Of a DNA stretch of 24,000 bases, positions 1 through 8,837 are shown piece by piece. This DNA comes from Campylobacter phage vB_CcoM-IBB_35. The position numbers and the translations under genes were made by a program. Where the stretch lies: the sequence record HM246721.1, one strand, 5' to 3'. Under the pieces are notes generated by a model. That model was not told the DNA's origin. It worked only from the letters and a program-made list of their open reading frames with translations, and did not search any database. Position 1 is the stretch's first letter. The number at the start of each line of letters is the position of its first letter.

Positions 1-170
1 TGATAGCTATCTTTATCATAATAATCTAACATATAATTAATTCTATCGAAGAATTTCATAGCGGTGTCTATAGACATAGGGTTTGGTGGTGTATGTGCAC
101 TATAACAATATTTACAAGCTAAGTTACACTTAGTATCTAAGCTAAATTCTACTATTAGTTTACCTGCCAT
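1..170 (-). CDS. Radical SAM protein, N-terminal part only (continues beyond window edge)
   Basis: Manual translation of the minus strand from ATG at 170: MAGKLIVEFSLDTKCNLACKYCYSAHTPPNPMSIDTAMKFFDRINYMLDYYDKDSY..., with a canonical CxxxCxxC radical SAM motif (CNLACKYC). Not in the ORF track because it is truncated. Confidence 0.8.
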   Translation of the reverse strand, partial: MAGKLIVEFSLDTKCNLACKYCYSAHTPPNPMSIDTAMKFFDRINYMLDYYDKDSY

Positions 171-171
171 T

Positions 172-393
172 TTAACCTTTGTTTTTAGTTTTGGTTTTAG
201 GTAAGCAAATTAAACAAGCTAAAAAGTTTAGTTCTTCTTGACTTAACCCCGAATCTAAACTTGTGTTTAAATCATCAGAATCTAACTTTTTAGCACAACG
301 CAAAGCATATTTTATATCCGCTCTGATATCTTGCAAGTCTTGTATTTTTAACTGAACTTCGGCTTGATTTTTATCTATTAAATCTTTTACCAT
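172..393 (-). CDS. Small hypothetical protein
   Basis: 73-aa ORF in the co-directional gene array. Confidence 0.5.
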   Translation of the reverse strand: MVKDLIDKNQAEVQLKIQDLQDIRADIKYALRCAKKLDSDDLNTSLDSGLSQEELNFLACLICLPKTKTKNKG

Positions 394-1309
394 TATCCTT
401 TATCCTTTGTAAAATTGGGCCCATATAAGCATCAACTTCACTAGCGTCATATTTTACATCATTTATGAGACGTTTTTTAGTTTCTGCAATAATTTTAAGA
501 ACATTTTCTTGAGAAGTTTCTAAAATTAATAAAGAATCGACACTTAATTCTATAATAATATCTTTAAACATTTGTTTTAATTTGTTGTATTCTGGTTTGT
601 CAGTAAATTTATATCCAAGTAATTGGAAAGCGCTCATAAAATCCATTATTATAATATAATCACTTAAAAGTTCTTTATAATTAACAGAGTTTATTTTAGC
701 ATCTAAACCTTCTTGATAAAATAATTCTTGTAAATTTCTAACTGCTTCAAACCCATAATCATAATCACCAAGTTCTAAAGAATGTCTAATCTTAAGATAA
801 TTTTTATAACTTGGTCTATCTACTTTATCAATTGTTTGTCTAAATACAACCTTATCACCTAAATAAGTCAAACATTTATTGATATTATTGATGTTATCGT
901 CAAAATCTTTACCGTTGATAGAAACTCTGTACAATGCTGGTGTGTTGTAAACTACTGGGTTATTTGCTTGAGCATAATCTAAATCATTTTTATCAAATGT
1001 TGCTATTAATTTGCTATATTCAATTAAATTGTTTTCATAACAATTCATAGCTAATTTACATTGAAGCATTTTGATATCTGGAAAAATATCAGTAGCTTCT
1101 AATTCACCCAATTGTTTTAAATAATCTAAAACTTTAGATTTATCACCAGTTGTATATATTTTCGAAATTAAATATGCAGTTTTCGTTTCTATACCTTCTG
1201 GGTTATTTTCTATGATATATTCGTATTTTTCGAACATTTCTACAACTTGTGAAAGTAAATGTTCGTCAAACAATATAAAAATTATTTTTCTTAATTCTTG
1301 TTGAACCAT
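371..1309 (-). CDS. Hypothetical phage protein (312 aa)
   Basis: Long ORF in compact operon; family not recognised. Confidence 0.75.
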   Translation of the reverse strand: MVQQELRKIIFILFDEHLLSQVVEMFEKYEYIIENNPEGIETKTAYLISKIYTTGDKSKVLDYLKQLGELEATDIFPDIKMLQCKLAMNCYENNLIEYSKLIATFDKNDLDYAQANNPVVYNTPALYRVSINGKDFDDNINNINKCLTYLGDKVVFRQTIDKVDRPSYKNYLKIRHSLELGDYDYGFEAVRNLQELFYQEGLDAKINSVNYKELLSDYIIIMDFMSAFQLLGYKFTDKPEYNKLKQMFKDIIIELSVDSLLILETSQENVLKIIAETKKRLINDVKYDASEVDAYMGPILQRIKDNGKRFNR

Positions 1310-1710
1310 TATATTCCTTTTGAATCCTTACAACCACAACTCTCGTGATCACATTTTAAATCTTTGGCTTCAGTTTCAATCTTAGCCTTAACTTCAGTTT
1401 CTGACTTTGTCGTAGATTTAGATCCATTTAAAATCGCATCGAATAAAGAATCTACTTCTGCTTGTTCTTTCTTATTAAGTTGAATCTTAGGTTCAGTTGT
1501 TTTAGTATATCCTAATTCATCTAAAAATGCTTGAGATAACCCAGCTTGATCTAATAATTCAATAGCCATAGAATTAAACATTAAAGACAGCATACCATTA
1601 GTTTCTTGAATATATTCTGAAGCTTGACTTAGATGATAGGCTGCCATAAGAACTTGTTTTGTTTGATCTTCTGTAAAAGAAAATTTTGGATTTTGTACAT
1701 TCATATTCAT
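1309..1710 (-). CDS. Hypothetical protein with C-terminal Cys/His cluster (CDHESCGC)
   Basis: 133-aa ORF adjoining the next ORF at 1309. Confidence 0.7.
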   Translation of the reverse strand: MNMNVQNPKFSFTEDQTKQVLMAAYHLSQASEYIQETNGMLSLMFNSMAIELLDQAGLSQAFLDELGYTKTTEPKIQLNKKEQAEVDSLFDAILNGSKSTTKSETEVKAKIETEAKDLKCDHESCGCKDSKGI

Positions 1711-1734
1711 TTTACACCTTTAAATTTAATATAT

Positions 1735-2508
1735 TTATGATTTTTTACAACAATATCTAAGTTGATTATTAGCTTCTAAAATATTTCTAAAGAAATTCCC
1801 TGCTTGTTTAGATTGTTTATTAGACTCAAACATCAATGCTTGGATATCTTTAGGAAAACATTTACCACCAAAACCTTTTTTACCATCTACACATAACTTA
1901 GCCATTAATCCTTGAGGATCAAAATCTTCAAACTCATTTAATAATAATTCTATTTTTCTAACATTGAACCCAGCTTCATTTAATTCGTGAAAGAATAATA
2001 CCTTTAAAGCACCTAAAGCATTTCTAGCGTATTTAACTTCCATTGCTTCTCTAAGACTACAAAAATCATAAGGAGCATCAATCATCTCAGCAATTTCTTT
2101 AGCATACATAATATTATTAGCACCTATTATATGATATTTTGCTCGTTTCAATGATTCAACTTCTGTTAGAAATTCTGGCCAGGTTACAAATTTTAAATTG
2201 TATTCAGATTCTATAAAATCTACATTACTAGGTAACAATGTTGATCTAATAACAACTAAACCTCTAAAATCTTTTGATTCTATAGTATTTAAAATTTCGT
2301 ATAATGTTTTTGTATCTTGACCTTCAGATACAGCATCATTTAAAACATTAATACATATAAAAATCTTACTATAATCATTTAAATTAATTTCATTAAGATT
2401 TTTCACATCACTAAATCTTGGATCTATTATATTGTAATCAATGCCTTTAGAATCAAAATAATTTCCCAAGCTTTGTCCAACTACTCCAAAACCAATTATT
2501 AAGTTCAT
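1735..2508 (-). CDS. Short UDP-glucose/GDP-mannose dehydrogenase family protein
   Basis: N-terminal Rossmann start (MNLIIGFGVVGQSLGNYF) and catalytic-type motif KKGFGGKCFPKD; 257 aa, shorter than cellular UGDs. Confidence 0.8.
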   Translation of the reverse strand: MNLIIGFGVVGQSLGNYFDSKGIDYNIIDPRFSDVKNLNEINLNDYSKIFICINVLNDAVSEGQDTKTLYEILNTIESKDFRGLVVIRSTLLPSNVDFIESEYNLKFVTWPEFLTEVESLKRAKYHIIGANNIMYAKEIAEMIDAPYDFCSLREAMEVKYARNALGALKVLFFHELNEAGFNVRKIELLLNEFEDFDPQGLMAKLCVDGKKGFGGKCFPKDIQALMFESNKQSKQAGNFFRNILEANNQLRYCCKKS

Positions 2509-2517
2509 ATTAACCCC

Positions 2518-2778
2518 TTAAATCTTAAATATAAAATCAATATTAGTTAAACCTATAGTATAGCCTAAACTTAAACAAGCAAACGCTACTAAACCTAAAA
2601 CAATAAAAATGAATAACTTATAAAATACTCCTGATATTTTAAACACACTGATAATACCAAGAACTACTAAAAATAAAGCCGATACGTAGAAGCCCAATTC
2701 AACTAATAATAATAAAAATTTAATAATAATTAAACCAGTTGTTTCTAATATATTATATTGTACATAATTACTTAACAT
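2518..2778 (-). CDS. Small membrane protein
   Basis: 86 aa, at least two hydrophobic segments. Confidence 0.6.
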   Translation of the reverse strand: MLSNYVQYNILETTGLIIIKFLLLLVELGFYVSALFLVVLGIISVFKISGVFYKLFIFIVLGLVAFACLSLGYTIGLTNIDFIFKI

Positions 2779-3572
2779 TATATACCCTCCTTAGTATCAA
2801 AAGCTAAAATATGAGCTCTCGGGCTAAAACTAAATCCGTGTTCAGCACATTTTTCAAACACAAATGGTGTGTTTTTAATTTGTAATTCGCGAGTTTCACC
2901 CATAGGCATTAGATATACTTCAGCATATGTTGGTAAATCATAAAGTATTTCTTTTATCTCAGCATAGTCTGTATCCCAAGTTTCTGGATTGACTACGAAT
3001 TTAAGATAAGATTTAGGACAATTTTCAAGAATTTTACTGATTGTTTTTATATTAATTCTTTTCTTTTTAGGTTCGCCTGAACAACTCAATTTAACTGACA
3101 TACTGAACATAATTTCTTTTTGATATTCTTTAAAGAACTCAATATCCAAACTTGCATTAGTTTCTATTGTTATTTGATGTTTTCTTGAAATATAATAAGC
3201 TAAGAAATCTTGAATAACATTAGTATCCCAATATAATAAAGGTTCACCACCGGTTAAAATGATGTCTTTAGTGTGTTTAATTTCAGAGTTTTTAAATGTG
3301 ACTAATGGGTCAATGATTGAAGTCAAATCTTTGAAATTATCAAAGTATTTCCATTGTGATTTAAATTTTGGAGATACTGCCCGAATAGTGTCACAACCTG
3401 TTACTGTAGAACCATCAGGTGCCTTGGCCACGCACCCAAAACCTTTACAAGTATTATTACAACCGGCAACTCTAACAAATACTGCAGATTTTAATCTTGG
3501 ACCTTCACCTTGGATTGTATCACCAAAAAATTCATAGAATGGAACTTTCTTAGTTCGTGTTTTGAAAATCAT
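2778..3572 (-). CDS. queE: QueE-like 7-carboxy-7-deazaguanine synthase (radical SAM)
   Basis: YEFFGDTIQGEGPRLKSAVFVRVAGCNNTC...GCDTI, plus LTGGEPLL and IETNASL motifs. Confidence 0.85.
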   Translation of the reverse strand: MIFKTRTKKVPFYEFFGDTIQGEGPRLKSAVFVRVAGCNNTCKGFGCVAKAPDGSTVTGCDTIRAVSPKFKSQWKYFDNFKDLTSIIDPLVTFKNSEIKHTKDIILTGGEPLLYWDTNVIQDFLAYYISRKHQITIETNASLDIEFFKEYQKEIMFSMSVKLSCSGEPKKKRINIKTISKILENCPKSYLKFVVNPETWDTDYAEIKEILYDLPTYAEVYLMPMGETRELQIKNTPFVFEKCAEHGFSFSPRAHILAFDTKEGI

Positions 3573-3589
3573 TTAATCTCCTTTTTTAT

Positions 3590-3612
3590 ATTATATAATA
3601 TAATGTCTTAAA
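3590..3612 (-). promoter_or_regulatory. Phage promoter-like element TTTAAG-N11-TATAAT upstream of queE-like gene
   Basis: Minus-strand TTTAAGACATTATATTATATAAT, followed by AAGGAG and the ATG at 3572. Confidence 0.65.
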
Positions 3613-3644
3613 GTTTTTTGAAATGTTTTAGTTTTATATTTAAA

Positions 3645-3662
3645 TTAACACTGAAGTGTTAA
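3645..3662. terminator. Possible stem-loop between two genes
   Basis: Inverted repeat TTAACACTGAAGTGTTAA just after the 3673-3879 stop codon. Confidence 0.4.
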
Positions 3663-3672
3663 ATATAGCTTA

Positions 3673-3879
3673 TTATTTAATGAATTCTTCAATATAAAAT
3701 TTAGCTCTGTTTTCTAAATGTTTTAGTGTTTCAGGATCATTAAAGTTAGCACCAATAAATTCATTAGTTAAAAATCTTACTAATACCTGATGCTCAAAAG
3801 TTGTTAAAACCCAAGGATCTAAAAACTTACTGATATTAGCTTCAGCTTCTAAAACATCTTTCATATTTTTGTTATCCAT
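3673..3879 (-). CDS. Small hypothetical protein
   Basis: 68-aa ORF with its own promoter-like motif and SD (AAGGAG). Confidence 0.6.
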   Translation of the reverse strand: MDNKNMKDVLEAEANISKFLDPWVLTTFEHQVLVRFLTNEFIGANFNDPETLKHLENRAKFYIEEFIK

Positions 3880-3897
3880 TTATAACTCCTTTTTTAT

Positions 3898-3920
3898 ATT
3901 ATATAATAAAATAACTTAAA
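3898..3920 (-). promoter_or_regulatory. Phage promoter-like element TTTAAG-N11-TATAAT
   Basis: Minus-strand TTTAAGTTATTTTATTATATAAT upstream of the 3879 start. Confidence 0.65.
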
Positions 3921-4013
3921 GTTTTTTGAGTTTTAGAATTTTAGTATTTTAGAAATTTTAGTATTTTAAAATCATAAAATAAGAAAGATCTAAAACAATT
4001 TAGATCTTTATTT

Positions 4014-4712
4014 TTAGTTATTAGCAGTTTGATTAGAAGCTTGGTTTGAAGGTTGTGCTGAATTTTGACGATTTTCATAATCTGCTTTAATTGTCGAAAA
4101 CCATCCTTTATAATCCATAGTTACGAAATTCTTTTGAGCATTTGTAAAATAATTTAAAGCTTCTTGTAAGATTTGATCCAAAGTTGCTTCATCATCTGTC
4201 ATTTCCATTTCATCTAAACCATTTAAGAATTCTTGATACATTTTTTCGTATTGATTTAGTTGATTTACAACCTTAAGATATTCTTCAAGATTTGCAATCA
4301 ATGTATCGTCATCTGTTTCAAGAATTTTAATGTATATTTCTTCACGATTTTTTTCAGTTATAAAGTACCCCATTGACGCAAATATGTTATTGAGATACTG
4401 AAATCTAAAATAAGTATATTGTGGTATCTTTGTGAAAATCTGACTCATTGCAGCCGTTAATTGGAAAATATACGAATTCTTAACTAAGTTAGCACTCTCG
4501 TCGATTTCCAAGTTTTCTAAAGTTAGTACATCAACGTCTTTATAGAATTTACAAGTTTTTTTATCTGCTAATGCTTCTAAAACTGCTGTAAATAATTTAC
4601 TATCAAAAACTTCTAATGTACTAGACCCCGGCAATAAAAAAGCATTGTCTCTTTGAGCAGAAACAATCATATTATAAGCACCTTGATCTATATATGTTAT
4701 ATACATACTCAT
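4014..4712 (-). CDS. Hypothetical protein, possibly baseplate associated by context
   Basis: 232-aa ORF directly downstream of a gp26-like ORF; sequence family not recognised. Confidence 0.5.
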   Translation of the reverse strand: MSMYITYIDQGAYNMIVSAQRDNAFLLPGSSTLEVFDSKLFTAVLEALADKKTCKFYKDVDVLTLENLEIDESANLVKNSYIFQLTAAMSQIFTKIPQYTYFRFQYLNNIFASMGYFITEKNREEIYIKILETDDDTLIANLEEYLKVVNQLNQYEKMYQEFLNGLDEMEMTDDEATLDQILQEALNYFTNAQKNFVTMDYKGWFSTIKADYENRQNSAQPSNQASNQTANN

Positions 4713-4726
4713 AATTTAATCCTTTC

Positions 4727-5404
4727 TTAACGTTTTAACCATTTTGGTGGTATAATATCTGGTATTTCATCGAAATTAAAAGTTGAATTAGCACCACAAT
4801 GTGAACAAGTTACTGTATGTTCCCTAGATTCAATTTTAAATATCATTTTTTCAAATGCTTCAGAAATCTTATCCATTGTGTTAATATCTAACTCATCGAA
4901 GTAGTTCTTAATATCTTGAAAGCCTTTTGTATTATCACCATTAATAGATTTAATATGAAAAATTAAATCATCTGTGCTTGGTGAATCTGAAGTTCTTAAT
5001 TTATTATTATAGAGTTCAACATTTTGAACATCTTGAAGTTCAATTTTGATATCACCAATATCAATATCTTGGATTTTACCTGATTTTGTTGTAAATAATT
5101 TACTTAATTTAATTTTAGAATCAGTAGTTTTTTCACAACTTCTACACCACCAATGATAATTTAAATCATCACCAAGATTTATAATTCTTAATAATAAAAA
5201 CAAATATTCTAATTCGTCATTATTTAAAGCAGTTGGTGTTTCTAAAATGTTTGTAACAAAACATTCGTATCTTGCTTTGAGTTCATCTTCTGTAGAACTG
5301 ATATTTTTTAATTTGTTTTTATAGAGCTCGCGGTCTTTGACTTTCCAATTACGAACTTTGATAGATCTATTACCTAATTTAATAGGGTTGTATTCTAATA
5401 CCAT
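4727..5404 (-). CDS. T4 gp26-like baseplate hub protein (zinc-ribbon type)
   Basis: Cys pairs in YHWWCRSCEKTT and HTVTCSHCGANSTFNFDEIPDI, typical of T4 baseplate hub gp26 family proteins. Confidence 0.6.
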   Translation of the reverse strand: MVLEYNPIKLGNRSIKVRNWKVKDRELYKNKLKNISSTEDELKARYECFVTNILETPTALNNDELEYLFLLLRIINLGDDLNYHWWCRSCEKTTDSKIKLSKLFTTKSGKIQDIDIGDIKIELQDVQNVELYNNKLRTSDSPSTDDLIFHIKSINGDNTKGFQDIKNYFDELDINTMDKISEAFEKMIFKIESREHTVTCSHCGANSTFNFDEIPDIIPPKWLKR

Positions 5405-5422
5405 TAAATCTCCTTATTTGTT

Positions 5423-5445
5423 ATTATATTATATAAATGCTTAAA
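5423..5445 (-). promoter_or_regulatory. Phage promoter-like element TTTAAG-N11-TATAAT
   Basis: Minus-strand TTTAAGCATTTATATAATATAAT upstream of the 5404 start. Confidence 0.65.
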
Positions 5446-5472
5446 ATTTGCTTAAAAATTGCTTAAAACTGA

Positions 5473-6105
5473 TTATGATACCCTGATGAATAAGCCTTTG
5501 TTATCACTTAATTTACCAGTACATTTCCAAGTGCCTTGCATATATGCATAAGTATCAGTGGACAAGCTAGAACCCGCATACAAATTATTAAAAATCAAAG
5601 TTGTTTTTGAATCTAATATAGCTATGCTGCCAATTTCATTGATACCAATATTAGTTAAGTGATTTGTAAATTGTGTTCTTGTTATATTAATATCAACATT
5701 TCCAGAACCCTTAATATCTATACCATTTATAGTTTTTACAGAATCTAATTTTCTGGATAAAGCTAAATCATTTGAAGTTTTGTAATTTGTTAAATCATTA
5801 TTAACTTGGTTATACTTAGTTTCTAAGCTTTTAATATCATCAGAAATAGTTTGTATTTGTTCAGCAGCTTTTAAAAGTTTCTCCATATTTTCTGGATCTA
5901 ATTGTTTTAGAACCTCGGATTGTTCAATTATTTTATCACTAACAGTTTTTAACCACGTGATAATGTTAGCAAAGTTTCTATCCACTTCCTGATGAGTTAA
6001 TACATCTAATTTAACATCTGTAGTTAAGTTGTCTTCTTTAGAATCTGTGAAACTTGGTAATTCTGGTACTTGCTGATTATTAATAATACGTAATCTTACG
6101 TTCAC
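5473..6105 (-). CDS. Tail fiber / virion structural protein
   Basis: SVKTINGIDIKGSGNVDINI is typical of phage tail fiber N-terminal/repeat regions; preceded by a coiled-coil-like stretch. Confidence 0.55.
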   Translation of the reverse strand: MNVRLRIINNQQVPELPSFTDSKEDNLTTDVKLDVLTHQEVDRNFANIITWLKTVSDKIIEQSEVLKQLDPENMEKLLKAAEQIQTISDDIKSLETKYNQVNNDLTNYKTSNDLALSRKLDSVKTINGIDIKGSGNVDINITRTQFTNHLTNIGINEIGSIAILDSKTTLIFNNLYAGSSLSTDTYAYMQGTWKCTGKLSDNKGLFIRVS

Positions 6106-6149
6106 TGCTGAGCCTTTTTTGGATATTTATTTTTAATATATACCCAAAT

Positions 6150-6698
6150 TTATAACAAATATAAAGTTTTATTAAGTATTAAATCTTTAAGATCTTTAAC
6201 TTTAATACTTCTAAAATCTTTATTATATTCAATTATTTTATTATTTGAAGCTAAGTTTTCCATAAACCAAGTAACGAAATCATCTTCATTAATATAATCT
6301 ATTTTAGTATCTAAAGAACCATCATAAGTTCCTTCTCTTAATGATTTGAAAATACCTTTAACTTTATTAGGTCCATAAACTCTTGGAATTTTATAAATCA
6401 AATAATTATCATACATATTTGTTATATAATGCTCCGCGACATTTTTATAACGATTATAATAACCTTGGGTTCCGGATAACCCAGGATAATCAGAACCCAT
6501 TGAACTAGCAAAAATAATTTTGTGTTTAAACTCTTTGGCTAAAACAATAGTATCTAGTGTAGAAGCTAATTTCTTCGGGTCCGAATCTATATCTTTTGTA
6601 CTGCTAGGACACCCGAAAATAGCAACATAATCTATATGACTAGTATAATTACACAATAAACTGGCTAAATAACCATTTCCACCAGTTAAGAATATCAT
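6150..6698 (-). CDS. Short NAD-dependent epimerase/dehydratase (extended SDR-like)
   Basis: MIFLTGGNGYLASLL Rossmann motif, YYNRYK (YxxxK), RVYGPN motif; 182 aa. Confidence 0.7.
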   Translation of the reverse strand: MIFLTGGNGYLASLLCNYTSHIDYVAIFGCPSSTKDIDSDPKKLASTLDTIVLAKEFKHKIIFASSMGSDYPGLSGTQGYYNRYKNVAEHYITNMYDNYLIYKIPRVYGPNKVKGIFKSLREGTYDGSLDTKIDYINEDDFVTWFMENLASNNKIIEYNKDFRSIKVKDLKDLILNKTLYLL

Positions 6699-6756
6699 AA
6701 CACTCCTTTAATTTAAAATCGATTTAAACCTTGTTTTTGATAAGATATGAAGGGAT

Positions 6757-7815
6757 TTAGATCTTACTAAAATCCACATTCCAAGGCGTCATTTCTATGG
6801 GTTTACTCATTTCATTCCATAATTGACTAAACCATTGACTACAAGTAGTTATATTATAAAATGAAAAATACTTATTAAGATTTTCCATATTAAAATCTGT
6901 ACTAGATTCTGTATATTTCTTTAAGATTTCTAATTCAATATCAATAGGTATTTCACTATCCATAACTAACTTATAATTACGATTATAATTAAGTCTATAT
7001 ATTTCGTTAGAATCTAAGAAGGCATCTAAAGACCCAAACTCTTTAATCTTTTTATTTAAAGCAGCTTCACCAAATCTTTGTTTTTTATAAACTTCAACAT
7101 CAGGATAAACTTCATTAAAGTTATTAATAATGCCTAGTTTTAAGTTTTCGTCTAACTTATAGAAATCTAATTCAGTTCCTTGGTAATAAGCTTTAAACTC
7201 AGGTGTAAATTCCGAAAAATCCACAACACGTGGTACATTATCGGCAGCATCACCTAAACAACAATGTATTCTTTCCCAACCTTCTGGATCGTCATTAACA
7301 ACCCATTTATTAGTTATTGCTGAATATTGTTTTATATCGCCTAATTTATGTAATTGTTTAAAGTCTTTATCGGGACTTAGAATTAAAATAGATTCTGCTT
7401 TGTAGAACTTCCTAGTTAATACACCAATGATATCATCTGCTTCAGCTCCTGGGACACCAATAGCTTTAAATGGTGTATAATCATTTAGAATTCTAGTTAG
7501 TATATTAATATGTTTATAAACTTCTTTAAAATTAACTTCAGATTCTTCTCTTTGAGTTTTTCTTTGAGCTTTATAATCTGGGTATAAAGATTTTCGCCAA
7601 TATGGTACACTATGATCGTCTATGCAAATAACCATAGTATTATATTTACCTCTATAAAGTCTATAATTTTCTAATAATTCTTCTATAATTCTAAAAATAG
7701 TTCCACTTATGAATTCTTCAGTAATATATTTACCGTCTTTTTTGTGTGGATTCATTTGCTTAATACTAGTATGCAAAGCTCTATGAATCAACGAACTTAA
7801 ATCATATAAAATCAT
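6757..7815 (-). CDS. rnh: T4 RNase H-like 5'-3' exonuclease (FEN family)
   Basis: CIDDHSVPYWRKSLYPDYKAQR, GVPGAEADDIIG, ILSPDKDFKQL, LGDAADNVP motifs. Confidence 0.85.
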   Translation of the reverse strand: MILYDLSSLIHRALHTSIKQMNPHKKDGKYITEEFISGTIFRIIEELLENYRLYRGKYNTMVICIDDHSVPYWRKSLYPDYKAQRKTQREESEVNFKEVYKHINILTRILNDYTPFKAIGVPGAEADDIIGVLTRKFYKAESILILSPDKDFKQLHKLGDIKQYSAITNKWVVNDDPEGWERIHCCLGDAADNVPRVVDFSEFTPEFKAYYQGTELDFYKLDENLKLGIINNFNEVYPDVEVYKKQRFGEAALNKKIKEFGSLDAFLDSNEIYRLNYNRNYKLVMDSEIPIDIELEILKKYTESSTDFNMENLNKYFSFYNITTCSQWFSQLWNEMSKPIEMTPWNVDFSKI

Positions 7816-7825
7816 AATATAATCC

Positions 7826-8743
7826 TTATAATAATGGTGCTAATTCCATAATACAAGCAGCTAAATTTAAGTTTCTATCTCTCGCAAAAGCACTTTGATA
7901 TTGGTATTTAGCTAGTATTATAATAGCTTGTGGTTTATTAGAGTTTTGAATATCTAATTTTTTAAATGCGTATTCATAAAAAGCATCTGGATTTGTTAAG
8001 CCATAGATTACTTTCATTAAATTATCAAAATCACGTGATCTGATCAACGAAATCAATCCCTCGAAATCTGAATCTTTTTGAATATCCAGAATTAATTTAT
8101 TATTAAAATTACATTTTTGTAAGCAAGCAATCATACCTCTTATACTTGGATAATAGTTCTTAATAATATTAACAAGATCCTCATTTGCATAAGAAACTTT
8201 TTCATTATCTAAGATTTCTTTTAGTAAATTAAAAGCTTTTTGGGCGAGTTCTTGTTTATTAGAAGCGTGAACTGCATCAAAATCAAATACTTCAAATCTG
8301 TTAACAATCGGGGGCATTATATTAGAAACATAATTACAAGTTAGTATGAATCTACAATTAGCAGCAACTTCCTCTATAAGTGCTCTTGCAGCTGCTTGAC
8401 CATTTTGCCCAAAGTAGTCAAATTCATCCGCTAAAACAATTTTAGGTTTACCATCGAAGCTTTCAGTGCTAGCAAATTGTAATATTTTACTTCTCATAGT
8501 ATCAATACCAGATTCTAATGAAGCGTTAATATATAAAGATTCGAAATTACCTTCTTTTATAATAGCTTGCGCTGTGCTTGTTTTTCCAGTTCCTGGATTT
8601 ACTGAACTTAATAGAATGTTTGATGGGTTTTTTAAATAGCTTCTAAATTTATCTAAATAAACATTTGGTAAAATTAAGTCATCAATTTTTTGGGGTCGAT
8701 ATTTTTCTACCCAGATATCGTGTTTTAAATCAACTGTCATCAA
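7826..8743 (-). CDS. 44: Sliding clamp loader large subunit, gp44-like AAA+ ATPase
   Basis: WVEKYRPQKIDDLILP, Walker A NPGTGKTSTA, Walker B-like KIVLADEFD, and RFEVFDF. Confidence 0.9.
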   Translation of the reverse strand: MMTVDLKHDIWVEKYRPQKIDDLILPNVYLDKFRSYLKNPSNILLSSVNPGTGKTSTAQAIIKEGNFESLYINASLESGIDTMRSKILQFASTESFDGKPKIVLADEFDYFGQNGQAAARALIEEVAANCRFILTCNYVSNIMPPIVNRFEVFDFDAVHASNKQELAQKAFNLLKEILDNEKVSYANEDLVNIIKNYYPSIRGMIACLQKCNFNNKLILDIQKDSDFEGLISLIRSRDFDNLMKVIYGLTNPDAFYEYAFKKLDIQNSNKPQAIIILAKYQYQSAFARDRNLNLAACIMELAPLL

Positions 8744-8764
8744 ACTCCTTTTAATATTTTCTTA

Positions 8765-8787
8765 ATTATAATATATTTTAGCTTAAT
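8765..8787 (-). promoter_or_regulatory. Phage promoter-like element (ATTAAG-N11-TATAAT variant) upstream of clamp loader gene
   Basis: Minus-strand ATTAAGCTAAAATATATTATAAT with the same 11-nt spacer. Confidence 0.5.
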
Positions 8788-8797
8788 ATTTTATTAA

Positions 8798-8833
8798 TTT
8801 TAAATCTAAGTTTTAAATCTAAGTTTTAAATCT
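8798..8833. repeat. 13-bp tandem repeat (TTTTAAATCTAAG, ~2.8 copies), intergenic
   Basis: ttttaaatctaag / ttttaaatctaag / ttttaaatct read directly. Confidence 0.8.
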
Positions 8834-8837
8834 CGAA

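Noticed and set aside
3259-3537. Plus-strand ORF inside queE
   Set aside because: Antisense to QueE motifs.
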